Of a stretch of 64,000 nucleotides of DNA, positions 61,765-64,000 are shown in pieces. This DNA comes from Utricularia gibba (taxonomy: Eukaryota; Plantae; Magnoliophyta): assembly GCA_002189035.1 (NCBI GenBank), contig NEEC01000002.1, forward strand, positions 620,001-684,000. Reading direction: 5' to 3'. Made by a program: the position numbers and the translations under genes. The notes under the pieces are model-generated. The model made no database searches. It saw only the letters and a list, made by a program, of their open reading frames with translations, and was not told the origin of the DNA. Each line of letters opens with the position of its first letter. The stretch's first letter is position 1.

Positions 61765-64000
61765 TTAGCATTTCTGGCGCTTTATGTACTGAATGATGGG
61801 ATCTTTAACCTACACAGGAAAAGGCAAGATCAAAGAGAAGGGAAGTGACAGATGGCTAACATGTTACGGCATTGGGCTTACCATGCTGGCTTTTCGTGAC
61901 CGTTTTTCCTGAGTTGGTGTGCTCTCCATGGCATCATCTGCTCCATCGGCATCATGGGCGTTTCCATTGGCCCTGCCATCACCAGCACCCGGCACAAAGC
62001 TCTCTCTGGAAGCAGCAGGCTGTTGATTTTTCAAGGTTAAGATGTGTAGGCGCGGATAGCCGATGATCAAAAATTGAGTAGAACCTCAACTACGCTAGTG
62101 GGAGTACCCCCGGGATGATCCCTTTTCCCAGTGATACCGTTTACGGATCTCGTGGATTCAGAAAGGTTCACATCGGATCGATCTCTTGTACGTGTGAGGT
62201 CTGATCCAATTGAGTGCAGGCCACCACATGTAGACAGGTCGATTTTGCTGTTGGCTGAAAATCAGAAAGCACCATGTCAGATTGTGAGGATGAAGTGTAT
62301 GTAACTGGGAGTTATTAGATTGAATGATCACCAGTTTTTTCGAGTTCAGTCAAGACTATCTTCCTTGATGGATCTGCAACCATCTCCTTCATAAATAATC
62401 TACTGTCAGTGTCACGAGGCAAATAGCAACTAGACAGTTAAATAACGGACGCGTACCTTGGCCTCTATTTTCAAAAGCTTCTTCACTTCAACAAGTTTTT
62501 TCTCGGTAAGGTCAGAGTGGAGCACACGCTTGCCTGAAACCAAAAGCAGCTAGTTGATCAGCGAATATTTAGTAAGAAAACTTGGTTGCGGTGTATGATT
62601 ACCAAGTCTGCGGTTGCTGCCGATCTCAAGGAAACCTTCTTGGGTCATTTTGTCAATGAGCTTCCTGACCATGTTCAGGCTCACTTCACTGCCGAGTTTC
62701 TTATGGAGCTTTGCCGCAGTTATATGGTCCAGTGGAAGAGTGTGATATAAAGCCTGTTACGGAAGTGATTTAAGCAATTCACCAGAGACTGAAGTTCAGT
62801 GCAAGAGACAAAAAGTAAGTTCACCTGCACGTAGACGTGATCAAAACAGAGATTTCCAGGTTTTCCACCATCAGGTATCTTTTGTCCATCATATTCCTCC
62901 TTTACAACCTCAAAGTCATACTCCATCGTCTGCCAGTTTAGTTATAAATCCCACTCGAACGTTTTAAATGTAAGTCAAAATATGGGGATGAGAAAGAAGA
63001 GAAAAGGAACCTTTTTCTTGTTAATGATATAACTGCCTCCAGTAGCTTTTGAAACAGAACCTTCCTTCAAAAGCATGTCCATGATTTCTGGATCAAAGAA
63101 GTAGAGTAAACGTCTGATGTGCATAGCTCTCAGGATTATACACTCGCTTATATCCCTTTAAGGCTAACATCACAAGTGTACCTTCAATTAGGACCTGCAA
63201 AAGTAGCAACATTAAATACCCGATACCATAGAAAAGTTGCACTTCCAATTTTGGTCTTAAAATCATGCCAGAAAAGCACTTACTACTGAGATGTCTGGGA
63301 AGTTAGAGAGCACATCTGTGAGTTCAAGCACATCAAGGTGATAGGAGTTAACCCAATCCCTTACTCGCCTCAGCTGGTGTGCATCTTCAGCTGGATCCTG
63401 GGTATTATCTATGTAGAAAGGGGCAAATACCAGAGTTGATACACGTAGAATCAGGTGAGTGCAAACTGACAAGCACATTGTTCGAATTCTGAGGCACCTT
63501 CCTGAACAGGAGCATCATCTCCAGGATTTTGTCGTGCTGTCACAAGAAACATTAGCAGTTTGATTGTGAATTTTAAGATACACCAGAATACTGTGTTGAA
63601 AAATCAAAGCTAACCTGCTGGTGCTACGATATACTGATCATCATCTGAATTGCCGATCTGAGGCCCATGAAAAGGTGATAACTTATGAATAGGATGGTTG
63701 CAATCATTTTAGGAACAAGCGCTTGACAATATCAAAGTTCCAAAGGGAGCTCATAATCTCCTCCTCACCTCGCTTCCAGAATCACTAGATTCATCATTCT
63801 GGATAGAGTCATGTCCTAAGCTCATCTCATCATCTTGAATTTCGTTGTTTTCATCTTCACATGGATCAAGCACGCTCTTCACCTGTTGTCTTATACGTGA
63901 ATACATGTTAACCAGGGGTAGAGAATTCAGAAATCCAATGTGTAAAAATGCAGACCTTCAGAGCCAGCACCAAGTGCTTGCTATTTACTTTACCAACTTC
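61765..64000 (-). CDS. ASY1: Meiotic axis HORMA protein ASY1, 3' portion (5' end lies beyond the window)
   Basis: Exons encode VNSKHLVLALK|VKSVLDPCEDEN, DNTQDPAED..WVNSYHLDVLELTDVLSNFPDIS, ALYHTLP, SNRRLGKRV, STCGGLHSIGSDLTRTR, PAASRES and RSRKASM|VKDPIIQYIKRQKC* (closure-motif end). Stop at 61765-61767. Confidence 0.93.

Noticed and set aside
63658-63768. Apparent stops and frameshift in ASY1
   Set aside because: A 111-bp GT-AG intron removes them and joins ..SDSGSE to IGNSDDDQYIVAPA in frame.
1-64000. CRISPR arrays, rRNA, prokaryotic operons
   Set aside because: Eukaryotic intron-containing genes throughout. The only tandem repeat has no spacers.

Overview
Gene-dense plant (eudicot-like) nuclear DNA with short introns and AT-rich spacers. 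I find no bacterial features, CRISPR array or intact transposon. About 21 protein-coding loci plus one tRNA can be supported, in this order: trihelix TF, 2OG-Fe(II) dioxygenase, AGD3/VAN3-type ARF-GAP, CORYNE, SCD2-like, GILP, COL14/15-like, a small VARLMGL-motif gene with a stop, HyPRP, NAC83-like, ROXY glutaredoxin, decayed plastid G6PD, WRKY75-like, SPL13-like, SEP3-like, a MADS-box remnant, a membrane protein, tRNA-Ser(UGA), RAMP4, LCR F-box, SPL2/10/11-like, LHCA2, REF/SRPP and the 3' part of ASY1. The most interesting signals are four. (1) A degenerate MADS box lies 380 bp downstream of SEP3, at the position of the ancient SEP3-FLC tandem, and is probably an FLC fossil. (2) The SPL2/10/11-like gene has an in-frame TGA that moves its miR156 site out of the CDS, and the site overlaps a cUUCGg tetraloop hairpin. 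(3) An unprocessed G6PD pseudogene still has a Site II-rich promoter. (4) Lesions fall into two classes: compound decay, which suggests post-duplication fractionation, and single-base homopolymer deletions, which are probably assembly errors. Gene identities come from manual translation and recalled family motifs, not database searches. Exon boundaries were read by eye.
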